Positions 12,101 to 21,400 of a stretch of 35,323 nucleotides of DNA are shown one piece after another. Origin of the DNA: Leidyana gryllorum EB-2025a (Eukaryota; Protista; Apicomplexa); assembly GCA_048772705.1 (NCBI GenBank), contig JBLWGC010000120.1, positions 1 through 35,323 of the forward strand, written 5' to 3'. Position 1 is the stretch's first letter; the number at the start of each line of letters is the position of its first letter. The notes under the pieces were generated by a model. That model was given only the letters and a program-made list of their open reading frames with translations. It ran no database searches and was not told the origin of the DNA. The position numbers and the translations under genes were made by a program.

Positions 12101-14115
12101 AGGTCAGTCAAGAAAGCTGCAGAGAGACACGCCTCATCCTCCCGTGGGCGGTCCACTCGCGCGCAATCTAATGAAAGACCCGTTGAGCGACTGACTCACA
12201 TGGATTCTGCACCAAGACCGATGTCTCCAGCTCCGCGTACCTTCAACGAGTACAAAGCGTGGCGAGAAGCCAAAGCGCTCGTGGTGGAGACGAAGCAACG
12301 CATCCGCAACTCGGAGCAGACTGACCTCATTCAACTTCCTCCGCCTTTGACTGAGCTCAATTCACGCACACATGAGGCCGTCAGAGATTATCTGCCCCGA
12401 CCCACAAAGAAAAGACACAGTGTTCGTCAGCAGAAGCACACCAAGATCTCTCAAAAGCACTCCAGCGTTGAACGAGAAGCGCCGCGGCCCCGTAAGTCGA
12501 AGGATGGATTGGCTGGTGTGGTTCAAGAAAGTGTGACAACTGATCATCATGTGAAGACCGAAGACGTGTATCCCAAGAAATCAAGACCGAAACGCATGAA
12601 GGTGACAAAGTTGATTGATCAGGCAGAAGAGTGGTATGAGGGCATCGGAGCTATTCACCGAGGCGTCGCCATTGACTTCCCTAAGCCAAGTCTGACACTC
12701 AAGCGGGTGAATGCCATGCACATAATTGGAACAGGCCGACGTACACGGTCTGTACCCCTTCACCCGAGTGCGAGAGGCTCTGTACCTGCAGCAAGATCGA
12801 AACGCTCGGGTTCCGTCTCCGCACCCTCAAGTATTTCGAAACACACAGTTGTGCAAACTGAAGCAATTGACAAACTGCCAAAACGTCATGTGGTACATCA
12901 CCAGACACAGATGTTCCTGCCAGCGGCTCCTAAACCCTGTTCGAGAATAGTCACACAGACGTGCTATATTGAACCGGCTGAGCGTCACACCATGGAGCGA
13001 GCTCTGGCCATTCGCATCGAATTCATCACAGTGCAAGGCAAATGGCAGCTGGTCACAACTAATCAACTCAGCGATGAGAAGGGAGGAGCATATTCGCTCG
13101 CTCTGAGAGGTCGAAAGAAGTGGGGCAAAGTTGACCGACTTGACATGGCCCAGACTGCTCGTGCACATTCTCTCAGCCCGAAAGCAATGTTCCCGACACC
13201 CGATGAAGAGAATAAGGCCGCCGTGCCGTCGTCCTCGCGAGTCAAACTACAGTCTGTTCCGCCTCTCCATTACAGTCCTCGAGCTGTGACTGAGGACTTG
13301 GCTGCCAGCTACAGAGAGATGATGTCGGCAACCCACAGAGTGGTCCGCAACTCTGGCGTCTCAATGGAACAATCGAGAGCGAGGATCTGGTCCGCAAAGA
13401 AAGTTCAAACTGTGGAAGCGAGAGATCTGCAGATGACATGGGTTCCGGCTTTGGCACTGGAGACTGCTGTCAACTTTAGGGGCAGTGTGTCATCTTCTGG
13501 TGCTTCCACAGGAGTGCAAATTGGTGTTCCCAATTTGGGAGGAACCAGTAGGAGAGCGTCACGGGTGAGTACTAAGACTACCATAATGGCAATCTCAATT
13601 GTGTTTTATGCAGATCTCTGAGGTCGAAGACGCGTTAAGTGTGGTTTCGAGCGTGCCCGCATTGTCGAGTCGTGTTGATGAGGTCATTGCTCCCACCACC
13701 ACCGATGTTCTGTCGAGTCCAGATACTGACGGTCCCCCGCAACCCACGAAGCTCGGTGCCAACGAAGTGGTTTATGCCCCTACCGTGACCGACGTTCCCA
13801 GAGTGGTAAGTTTTTGGTTTCAGCTGTCATCTTTGATATGTGGTGGTGCAGAGGATCTGGCGAGAAGCTGTGACCGAATGTGTGATGAGGCCCAAACGTC
13901 GCAGAAAGAGGCGCACTTCCACTATCCCTGAAACGGTGGTCAATGCAGAGGCATCGAATCCAACTGGGGAGAATTTCTTGGACGTCCCCCGTGTACACCC
14001 CACGAGCGAGAGACGGGGACGGCGCGTGAGTGAAGCAGCGCTTCTGGTGACTACGACTCGGAGGAGTACTCGGATCACCCTCGTTTCGGAGACTGCAGTA
14101 ACTGAGCAGCAGTGA
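1..14115 (+). CDS. Giant repetitive, intrinsically disordered protein, 5'-partial (>4,600 aa): ~3,050 aa acidic E/S/P/Q repeat followed by ~1,600 aa S/R/T/P-rich tail. Exons <1-13564, 13614-13805, 13852-14115
   Basis: 13.6-kb stop-free frame. Phase-0 introns 13565-13613 (GTGAGT..TGCAG, 49 nt) and 13806-13851 (GTAAGT..TGCAG, 46 nt) join it in frame to the 13599 and 13840 ORFs. The ATG at 11 is out of frame with the repeat and only connects via an extra base at ~26-28, so the real start is upstream of the window. Confidence 0.8.
11399..11469 (+). repeat. 21-bp tandem repeat x3.4 (DISTPRL)n within the giant gene
   Basis: GACATCTCAACACCGAGACTG at 11399, 11420 and 11441, plus a partial copy at 11462. 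Confidence 0.95.
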
Positions 14116-14331
14116 TTGAGCAATTGTAGCGTCCCTATAACGATTGATTGAACCCGCCTTTTTGAGTATCTCAATGTTCTAATTGATATTGACAACGAAT
14201 TGAAGCTTTGTTTGGTACATTTGATGACCCAGCAGCGAGATCAGGGACATTGGGTCATTGGTGTCGTATCACACAAGGGTTAAGTAGTTCTTGTTTTTTT
14301 GTATTTTTCGCTTGGACAAAGGGAGGTGGCC

Positions 14332-16179
14332 ATGGGAGAAGTCCAGAAAGGAGTTGCTAAGGCGGCTGCCATTAAAGCAACTTGGTCGAGCAAGGCATTG
14401 ACCTACCTCTATGTAGGGATTCTAATCTTTGCCTGCATGACCTCTCTGGAGTCTCAAGTCAATTATCTCTTCATTCCTTATATCACATCTGACTTTCGCT
14501 CCCATGGCCTGTTATCAACCATCCAAATCGTGTCTGCGGTGCTGCAAACAGTCTTGAAAGCTCCAGCGGCCAAGGTCGCTGATGTCTTTGGACGTACGGA
14601 AGCTCTCCTCACCGGCATCCTCTTTTACGCATTGGGATATCTGTGCATGGCCGTCTCAACCAATATCTGGTGGTATGCAGCGTCTCAGATTTTCTACATT
14701 GGTGGCAATACGGGAATTCAATTCCTGCTCCAATTGATCATTGCTGATACCTCAAGTCTTACCAACCGTGCGCTTTTATCTACAATCCCAACGGTACCTT
14801 TCCTTTGGAATGTCTGGGCAGGCCCTCTACTTGGACAATGGCTGCTTCGAGATGTCGGCTGGCGGTGGGGTACCGCTCTGTGGATGATTGTGGTCCCCGT
14901 TTCGGGCATTCCTTTGTTCGTCGTCTTGATCAAGAAAGGTCGAGAGTTCCGCAAGAAGGCAGCAGAACAATCACGTGTGGAAGTGCTCGTCGACGGCGCT
15001 GGAGCCAATGAGGCTTCGGGCGACTCGCAACCTGAGAAGACCAAAGCTGACCGCAGCCAATCTGGCTCGGCCGCTATTCAGGACTCCTCTTCCTCTCGAG
15101 AGATGAAAGAGAAAAAATCGTGGTGGAGACGGACCGTCGACTACTGTGATCAGATGGACATCGGTGGCACTCTGGTGGTGTCAGCTGGGTTGGCACTAAT
15201 GCTCGTTCCTTTGACATTGGCGTCTTCCTCGCCAGACCGGTGGGGTTCTGTTGGTGTTATCCTGCCCATCTGTCTCGGTTTTGTACTCTTCGCCTTATTT
15301 GTCTGGTACGAGCTCAAGTTTGCCAGACATCCTCTGGTCTCCCTTCGCCTCCTAAAGAATCCTTCCGTCTTCTTCGCATGCTTCGGAGGCTTCTTTTACT
15401 TTTTCTCGTACTACGTCGGAAGGCTGTACTTCCCCTCATACCTTCAAGTGGCGGCTGGATACAGTCCGCGGAAGGCGGGACAGGTCCACAATGTCATGAA
15501 CTTCAGTTCAGTTGCGGTTGGTTTCCTCGTGGGACTGGCAATCAAGTGGTTGAAGCGCGTAAGAATCTTCGTCATCTCCGGTGTGATTTGCTATCTGGTT
15601 GGTCTGGGTTTGCTGATCTTTGTCCGAACCCCAAGCAACAAATTAGCCGCGTTGATTTTGGGCCAATTAGTGCTGGGTATTGGAGGAGGTCTATATTCCG
15701 GACCAAACCAGGTGCTCGTGCAGAGTCATGCAACCCATCAAGATCTTGGAGCTGCGACTGCCCTCGTGCTGGTCATCACGACACTGGGATGGTCCACGGG
15801 CGCCGCAGTCGCCGGAGCTATCTGGACTAACTATCTCCCTCGGCGCTTGACAGCCAACCTGCCTGATCATATGCTCGACATGGTCGACGACATTGCTAAT
15901 TCAATTGTGGTAGCACAGGATTACGAGATGGGCACACCAGAGAGAACTGCCATCAACCTTGCCTATGTCGAGGTTATGAGGCTCCTCTGTATCATTGGCG
16001 TCTGTCTCGGAGTGCTACAGCTTATCTGCGGATTTATGGTCAAATCCGCACCCATCACTGACGCAGTTGCTATCGAAACTGAATCTGGCGATGAGAAATC
16101 CCTTGCCGTTTCCGAAGATGAAGCAACACCCAGTCTCAGAGAAACATCAGAGATTGCCAAGTCGGAGTTCGCTGTTTAA
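14332..16179 (+). CDS. Siderophore-iron transporter, MFS SIT/ARN family (Sit1/Arn/MirB/Str-like), 615 aa, intronless
   Basis: About 14 hydrophobic segments. Family-typical motifs: KGVAKAAAI..W, YITSDFRSHGLLSTI, AKVADVFGRTE, IIADTSSLTNR, PFLWNVW, WRWG, and C-terminal YEMGTPERTAINLAY..MRLLCI. ATG context GCCATGG. Confidence 0.88.
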   Translation: MGEVQKGVAKAAAIKATWSSKALTYLYVGILIFACMTSLESQVNYLFIPYITSDFRSHGLLSTIQIVSAVLQTVLKAPAAKVADVFGRTEALLTGILFYALGYLCMAVSTNIWWYAASQIFYIGGNTGIQFLLQLIIADTSSLTNRALLSTIPTVPFLWNVWAGPLLGQWLLRDVGWRWGTALWMIVVPVSGIPLFVVLIKKGREFRKKAAEQSRVEVLVDGAGANEASGDSQPEKTKADRSQSGSAAIQDSSSSREMKEKKSWWRRTVDYCDQMDIGGTLVVSAGLALMLVPLTLASSSPDRWGSVGVILPICLGFVLFALFVWYELKFARHPLVSLRLLKNPSVFFACFGGFFYFFSYYVGRLYFPSYLQVAAGYSPRKAGQVHNVMNFSSVAVGFLVGLAIKWLKRVRIFVISGVICYLVGLGLLIFVRTPSNKLAALILGQLVLGIGGGLYSGPNQVLVQSHATHQDLGAATALVLVITTLGWSTGAAVAGAIWTNYLPRRLTANLPDHMLDMVDDIANSIVVAQDYEMGTPERTAINLAYVEVMRLLCIIGVCLGVLQLICGFMVKSAPITDAVAIETESGDEKSLAVSEDEATPSLRETSEIAKSEFAV

Positions 16180-16601
16180 ATATTGACATATTCTTATTAT
16201 TACTGATCGTCACGGAGAGAGCGAGATGCCCTTCCCAAGACATCGGGTGACTTTAGATAAATGCTCTAGATTTTTGGTCAATGCCACATCCCTCTTGAGC
16301 CTCTGGCTTCGAGCGATCTTCTTGTCTCACTTCACATGAAATAAGACAATTGCTTTCGCTGATCCCTTCGGGGCACAAGCGAACTGCGCAGTCAGCAACA
16401 TTATACATATCAAAGTAGCACACTGAATCACCATCTCACCAACACTGCCAGACACGCTTCGATCGGGGTCAAAGGGACGTGTCTCCAGGACACTTCCCCC
16501 ATACACACACCAAACACACACGCACACGATTCGCCTTGGTATGTACCCAATTTGCTGTGAGGGGAGAGCTAATTAGTTTGTCAGCGCCAGACCATGTCTC
16601 A

Positions 16602-17960
16602 TCATTTCTCAGCTACTACAATTTGGGGTATGGTCTTATCTGCGAATGATTCGAAAGCTTTGCATTGATCATCGTCGCGTGCTAGTCTTGACATGAGGGT
16701 CGGTCGACATTCCTGATGATGGTGTCCGGGTTTAGCTTCATCATCCAGAGCACAATATAAGATGGTGGCAGACCCAGCCGAAGTCTCTTTGCCGAATGTC
16801 CACATGGTGGCGCGCAGTAAAAGTTCGGTTAATTGGCTGGTCCCGATTCGGCCTACAAGCTTGGTCCAAACGACTCCTGGCATCACAGAATAGACCTTGA
16901 GTCCGGCGTCTCCATGTTTCCTCATCAAGATCCGCATGTGATATAGCTGGGCCAACTTTGATACTCTGTAAGAACGCAACATGCTGTATGTCTCAGGCTT
17001 GGGAGTACTGTATGACTCCCAGTCCAAGTCGCTGACTTCTGCTTGGAGGTGCGCTGAGCTGCTTGTCATGATGATTTTCTTGTCTTGAGATTTCATCACC
17101 AGTGGCATCAAGAGCTCGACCAAATAGTAGTGAGAAATGGTGTTGACCTGCAGGCACGGTTCCAGTCCATCTTCTGTCAGTTGAACCTCAGCAGCAGTTT
17201 TGGGGCCGGCTATACCAGCATTGCAGATCAAGATATCGATTCCCTCTGGACACTCGGAGGCCACCTCTTTAGCAAAGTCGGCAACGCTCTTGAAGGAGGA
17301 GAGATCCAAGTTGAGAGCCACCACCTCAGGCTCGAATTCGAACAAGCTCTTGACTTCCTTCTTGATGTTCTCAACTATCATTGCTCTACGATCTTTGCCT
17401 CCTCTCACTCCCAATACAACTTTATCGGCTTTGAGTGCTGAGAGATGCGAGGCAGCGTAGAAACCGAAACCATCGGAGGCACCAGTCATGACTACGGTTT
17501 TACCCTTGAGCTTCTCGGCATCCTCTTCAGCGATCTCGTATATGGCGCCGTTAGCGATTTTGCGATAGAAAGCGGCGCAGCAGAACACGAGAATGTAAAC
17601 AGACACTCGACTCCTGCTGGATACGTATGGGAGGAGGAACCAAATCGTAATTGGAACGCTGCAAAGGTATAGCATAGACTGGATGTAGGGCTCGCGATAC
17701 ATCGTGACGAAAAAGACATGATCCAGACGCTCCCGGGCGCGCTCGGGCAACAACTGGGCCAACGCTTTGCGAACCTTCTGCTGTTTGATGATTTTCAGAG
17801 TGGCTTTATAGGCGAACGAGTCTCGGATAGTTCGCAATTGCCACATAACTGGATTGTAACGTGCGATCTTGTCCCATAGCTCCTTCCTTTTCACTGGATC
17901 AGAGAGCATCGCAATCAGCCGCTTCGCAAGCGGGATCAGCTTCCCGAGCTTGTCCATCAT
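16602..17960 (-). CDS. Short-chain dehydrogenase/reductase (RDH/WWOX-like) with N-terminal extension and two hydrophobic helices, 452 aa, intronless
   Basis: TGASDGFG Rossmann motif, LDLSSF, ICNAG, catalytic S..YRVSK, PG motif. ATG at 17960 is in GCCACCATG context; the ORF-track start at 18014 is TTG. Confidence 0.88.
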   Translation of the reverse strand: MMDKLGKLIPLAKRLIAMLSDPVKRKELWDKIARYNPVMWQLRTIRDSFAYKATLKIIKQQKVRKALAQLLPERARERLDHVFFVTMYREPYIQSMLYLCSVPITIWFLLPYVSSRSRVSVYILVFCCAAFYRKIANGAIYEIAEEDAEKLKGKTVVMTGASDGFGFYAASHLSALKADKVVLGVRGGKDRRAMIVENIKKEVKSLFEFEPEVVALNLDLSSFKSVADFAKEVASECPEGIDILICNAGIAGPKTAAEVQLTEDGLEPCLQVNTISHYYLVELLMPLVMKSQDKKIIMTSSSAHLQAEVSDLDWESYSTPKPETYSMLRSYRVSKLAQLYHMRILMRKHGDAGLKVYSVMPGVVWTKLVGRIGTSQLTELLLRATMWTFGKETSAGSATILYCALDDEAKPGHHHQECRPTLMSRLARDDDQCKAFESFADKTIPQIVVAEK

Positions 17961-18060
17961 GGTGGCCCACTCGACAAATTTTAGCCCACACTGGGAGGCG
18001 AATTGAGGACTCAAAAATAGTGTTGTTGTCTTTGATATGGAATGGCTGCACTGTGGATGG

Positions 18061-20483
18061 CTACACCGTGGCGAGACATCCCAGACAAACGTTGGCAGTA
18101 AGCCACTGCCTGATAGAGATATTTCTGTCTGAATACGGAATGTGTTGATCTAAAGACGAGTCTTGATGGTCGCAGCAACTTGTTTCGGGCCATCCAGGGC
18201 ACATTACTAATTGGTCAGCTGGAGCTTCTTGGAACTCGACGAGTGAATTCAGCGCTCCCATATGCTCATCGCGGCTTGGGTTTACACAATATCCTCCCAC
18301 CACCACGGGAGACGGTGGTGTGAAGTGTCGTACCATTGACAGCCCCACCTTCGGATGGGAAGCCGGGCACTGCACTCTGTTCTCCAACAACAGTTCCCCC
18401 ACAGAACATTTGGAAACTTGATGTTTTTCCTGAACACCGCCCAATGAACCTTCAAATACGTATTCACCAAAATAGGGTAAGGGGAACAATTGCTTTATGG
18501 CTTCTCGTAAGTGGGACCCAAATTTCCTTCGCTTGCCTTCGTCTCTTACGGCATTCGAGAACGTCTCCCAACGTGTCACCGAGCCTCTCCGAGCAGCAAT
18601 GTACCCCAGCATGTGATCCTTCCTCCACTCGTGGTAATCAAAAGATCTCTTCATGAAACTTCGGGTACTGTGGTGGTCGAGGCGTACCTCATATAGCGGA
18701 TTGAATCTGCTGACAGTCCCGGGGAACTCATGAGAGGTTCGGGTTGCACAATAATGAATCCAAGGAGACCGACATCCTTCCACCTCGAAAGATCGACGAA
18801 ATTGGTTCCACAATCGACGATTGGCCGTGTCCTCTTCCGTGCGTCTCCCCTGACGCTCTTCGTTTCGCAAAAGCTCCCCTGTCCAATACATTGTCTTGCC
18901 GACGAGAGTAGTGTCCAAGTAGTCAGGCCCAAGTCGACCCACTTTGCACATGACATGTGGCAACGTCACATTAGGCGGCGGGGGATCGGCATACGGATCG
19001 GGATCATTCCAGTTTGCGTCGATCTCCCTTACCGCTTGCAAGTACTCCTTACACTCTGGGTATCCTTTCTCAACACTGTCATAGATCATGTCAAGCTCAT
19101 CACCCATCGTTGCACACGGCATCCGCCATACAGCCTGATCTGTGATCAGAGGGTACGCTTCTGCCCAATAGTTGCTCCATTTAGACATGAGCTCGTCCAA
19201 CATCAGTTCCCGTTCAAGACTTCCCGCGCCCTTATGACCGAGATCAAGCCGTTCTCTCAAGAGGGCCAGTAGCTCGTCAGCTCCTTGAACAGGCCAAGGT
19301 GCTATCAGTGGTGTCTCGGCCCCCTCCTCATAATCGATTCTGCAGACAATAGGAGAGAGAGACATGGATGTTTTCGTCTCTTCTCGCACTCACCTCAGAC
19401 GGTCTCGTAAGAATGAATGAATCACTTCTGGGTCTTCAGCATCCAGTAAGGCAGTCATGCTCTCCTCAGTGAGCGCTTCACGCCGCTGAGCCGTGCCCTC
19501 ATCCCATTCAAGAGCACTCCAACGAGGTACTACAGACTGGCGGAGACTGGACAATTCTTCATTATCCATTCGACGAACGATATTGGGATTGCTGAGCTTC
19601 TGACGCTCTTCGATGGGGAGGGCGTTCCAAGTGAGATTGAAATGAAAGTCATCGCGGGGATCGAAGTATAGATTGATGATACCCGATATAGGATCCCGCA
19701 GTAGTTTATGATGGTGGGACCAGAATACCCCCGCGGCTCCATAGGGCTGGGATGCTGCGAAGAGGCCGATTAAGGTCTGGTTCTTCAAATATATCATCCA
19801 TTCTGTGGCGTCTTGTTCAAAGAGATTCGTGAACAGTTCCAAGGCAGTGTCATCCGGCTCCACGGTGGGATGCAATGGACTCCCAATCAGCGGATACGCA
19901 CCGGCATCTTCTCCCAGCACTCGCCGATAGTACTCGTGCCCTATAACATACAAATACTCAGACACAGTCGCATTGGTGTGAGGGTCAACCACCCAGAGAA
20001 ATTCGTCGGGGTCGAATAGCGCGACCCACTCTGCCTTCTCCTCGTAGCGGCGGAGACAGTCGAGATACGCAGTGTTCTGCAGAATAGAACGTCAATAATG
20101 AGACCGAGGGCGGGCGGGCGTACCTGTCCTGTCCGGTGCCAGTCATTATAAGAGCTTGACAAGTGCGCTTGAGGCCCGACAAAATCTCCGAGCATGGGTC
20201 CCAGTGGGACCACTTCGATCAAATCCACATCACCTCTCTGAGCATAAAACTCTTGCAGTAAGTGGACCCGAGAGGCCGATAAGGAAGCCCTCCGATCATT
20301 TGGAGGTGCCTCCGTATAAAGCACAAACTTGTCGAAACCCTGGAGACGGTGAAACTCAATCCACTCTATCAAATGTGTGTCTTCATTAGCGACCTTGGCA
20401 CACGCCACTATGAACTTCTCTGGAACATAGCTCGACACTGCTGCCCAAGCTACTGCTGGCAGCACAATGCCAAATGACCACAT
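18061..20483 (-). CDS. Secretory-pathway glycosyltransferase, GT92/DUF23 (GT-A)-like, 773 aa. Exons 20483-20124, 20076-19394, 19339-18061
   Basis: Signal-like N-terminus MWSFGIVLPAVAWAAVSS. Motifs ACAKVANE..LIEWIEFHRLQGFDKFVLY and Q-NTAYLDCL..WVALFDPDEF (DxD). Introns 20077-20123 (47 nt) and 19340-19393 (54 nt) join three ORFs in frame. Confidence 0.78.
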
Positions 20484-20499
20484 AATTTACGCAGACTCT
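20484..20499. promoter_or_regulatory. 16-nt spacer between divergent start codons (GT92-like / sedlin-like)
   Basis: CAT at 20481-20483 and ATG at 20500-20502. A promoter role is inferred from gene geometry only. Confidence 0.45.
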
Positions 20500-21377
20500 A
20501 TGACGATAGCCTATGTTGGGTTTGTAAGTGCTGAGGTGAGCATGCGTGCTATTCTGGACAGAGTCTTCTGTAGAATACTCCTCTATTCTCAGCTTGTATC
20601 AGGACCACTTCCTGTCAAACCAAAACGGGCCCTTTCTTGCTGAGAAATGACGAAGTGTCAGACGATATGGAACGCTGTCTTGAACTGGAGATGATAGCAT
20701 ATCAAACGTTGGATCTTATCGACAATACCAGTATGTCTCTCTTCGGTCGCACGTCTCCTTTGCATCACCGGAACAGTACGGGAACAGGCGCTAAGAGACG
20801 GCGGGTCAGGACAATCCGGCCAACATGACGCCTTCCTCGGGTGTCTCGGCTCATGTCTCCTTACTCCGTGCCACCTCGATGGCCGTGCCTACGGTTTCAT
20901 CTCCAGTACCAACACGAAGATTATCGTCATCGTGGAACGGTGCGAAGTGGAAGTCAATGAAATGCGGAACGTGAGTTGGAGAAGGCGATAACACCCATCA
21001 CCTATTCCCCGTGTCTCCCCCCTCCCCCTCCCTCTCTCCCCCCTTTCTGGCTCATACAATTTAATCACAGCTGTGTCGGGCTCTGTACAAGCTGTACTGT
21101 CATGCCATAGCGAATCCTTTCTTTACTGGAGATGTGGAAACACCAGGATTCATCAACAAGTTGGGTAAGTCAGTCGGTGCTATTGCATATGTATGTGTGT
21201 GTGTATGTTATCGTGTAATCAAGCCGGAGGAATGGAGAGCTAAGAGGACAATCTTCACGAGGCGATCGATATTCCTCTCCGGTTTGAAATTGATGCCTAT
21301 CTAACTTTTTCATTCTTCTTCTTGCTGCAGAGAGCCTCGTCCGCCACTACAGTACAGCCATACAACTGGCTGATTGA
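20500..21377 (+). CDS. TRAPPC2L: Sedlin-family TRAPP subunit (TRAPPC2L/Tca17-like), 175 aa. Exons 20500-20535, 20574-20730, 20777-20970, 21071-21164, 21331-21377
   Basis: Spliced translation MTIAYVGFVSAENTPLF..EMIAYQTLDLID..FLGCL..AYGFISSTNTKIIVIV..LCRALYKLYCHAIANPFF fits the sedlin longin pattern. Four GT-AG introns (38, 46, 100, 166 nt) keep frame. Mostly invisible in the ORF track. Confidence 0.78.
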
Positions 21378-21400
21378 TGATCTCTGAGAGGTTCGTTATA

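Noticed and set aside
9207-14195. Many short overlapping or antisense ORFs in the giant gene tail
   Set aside because: Shadow ORFs without motifs. Only 13599-13931 and 13840-14115 contribute, as exons.
14299-14331. ORF-track TTG start of the transporter (likewise 18014 and 33374)
   Set aside because: Bacterial-style alternative starts. Downstream ATGs in good eukaryotic context are preferred.
16205-16290. U5 snRNA candidate (stem-loop followed by Sm-like site)
   Set aside because: The invariant U5 loop GCCUUUUAY is absent. Kept only as generic structure.
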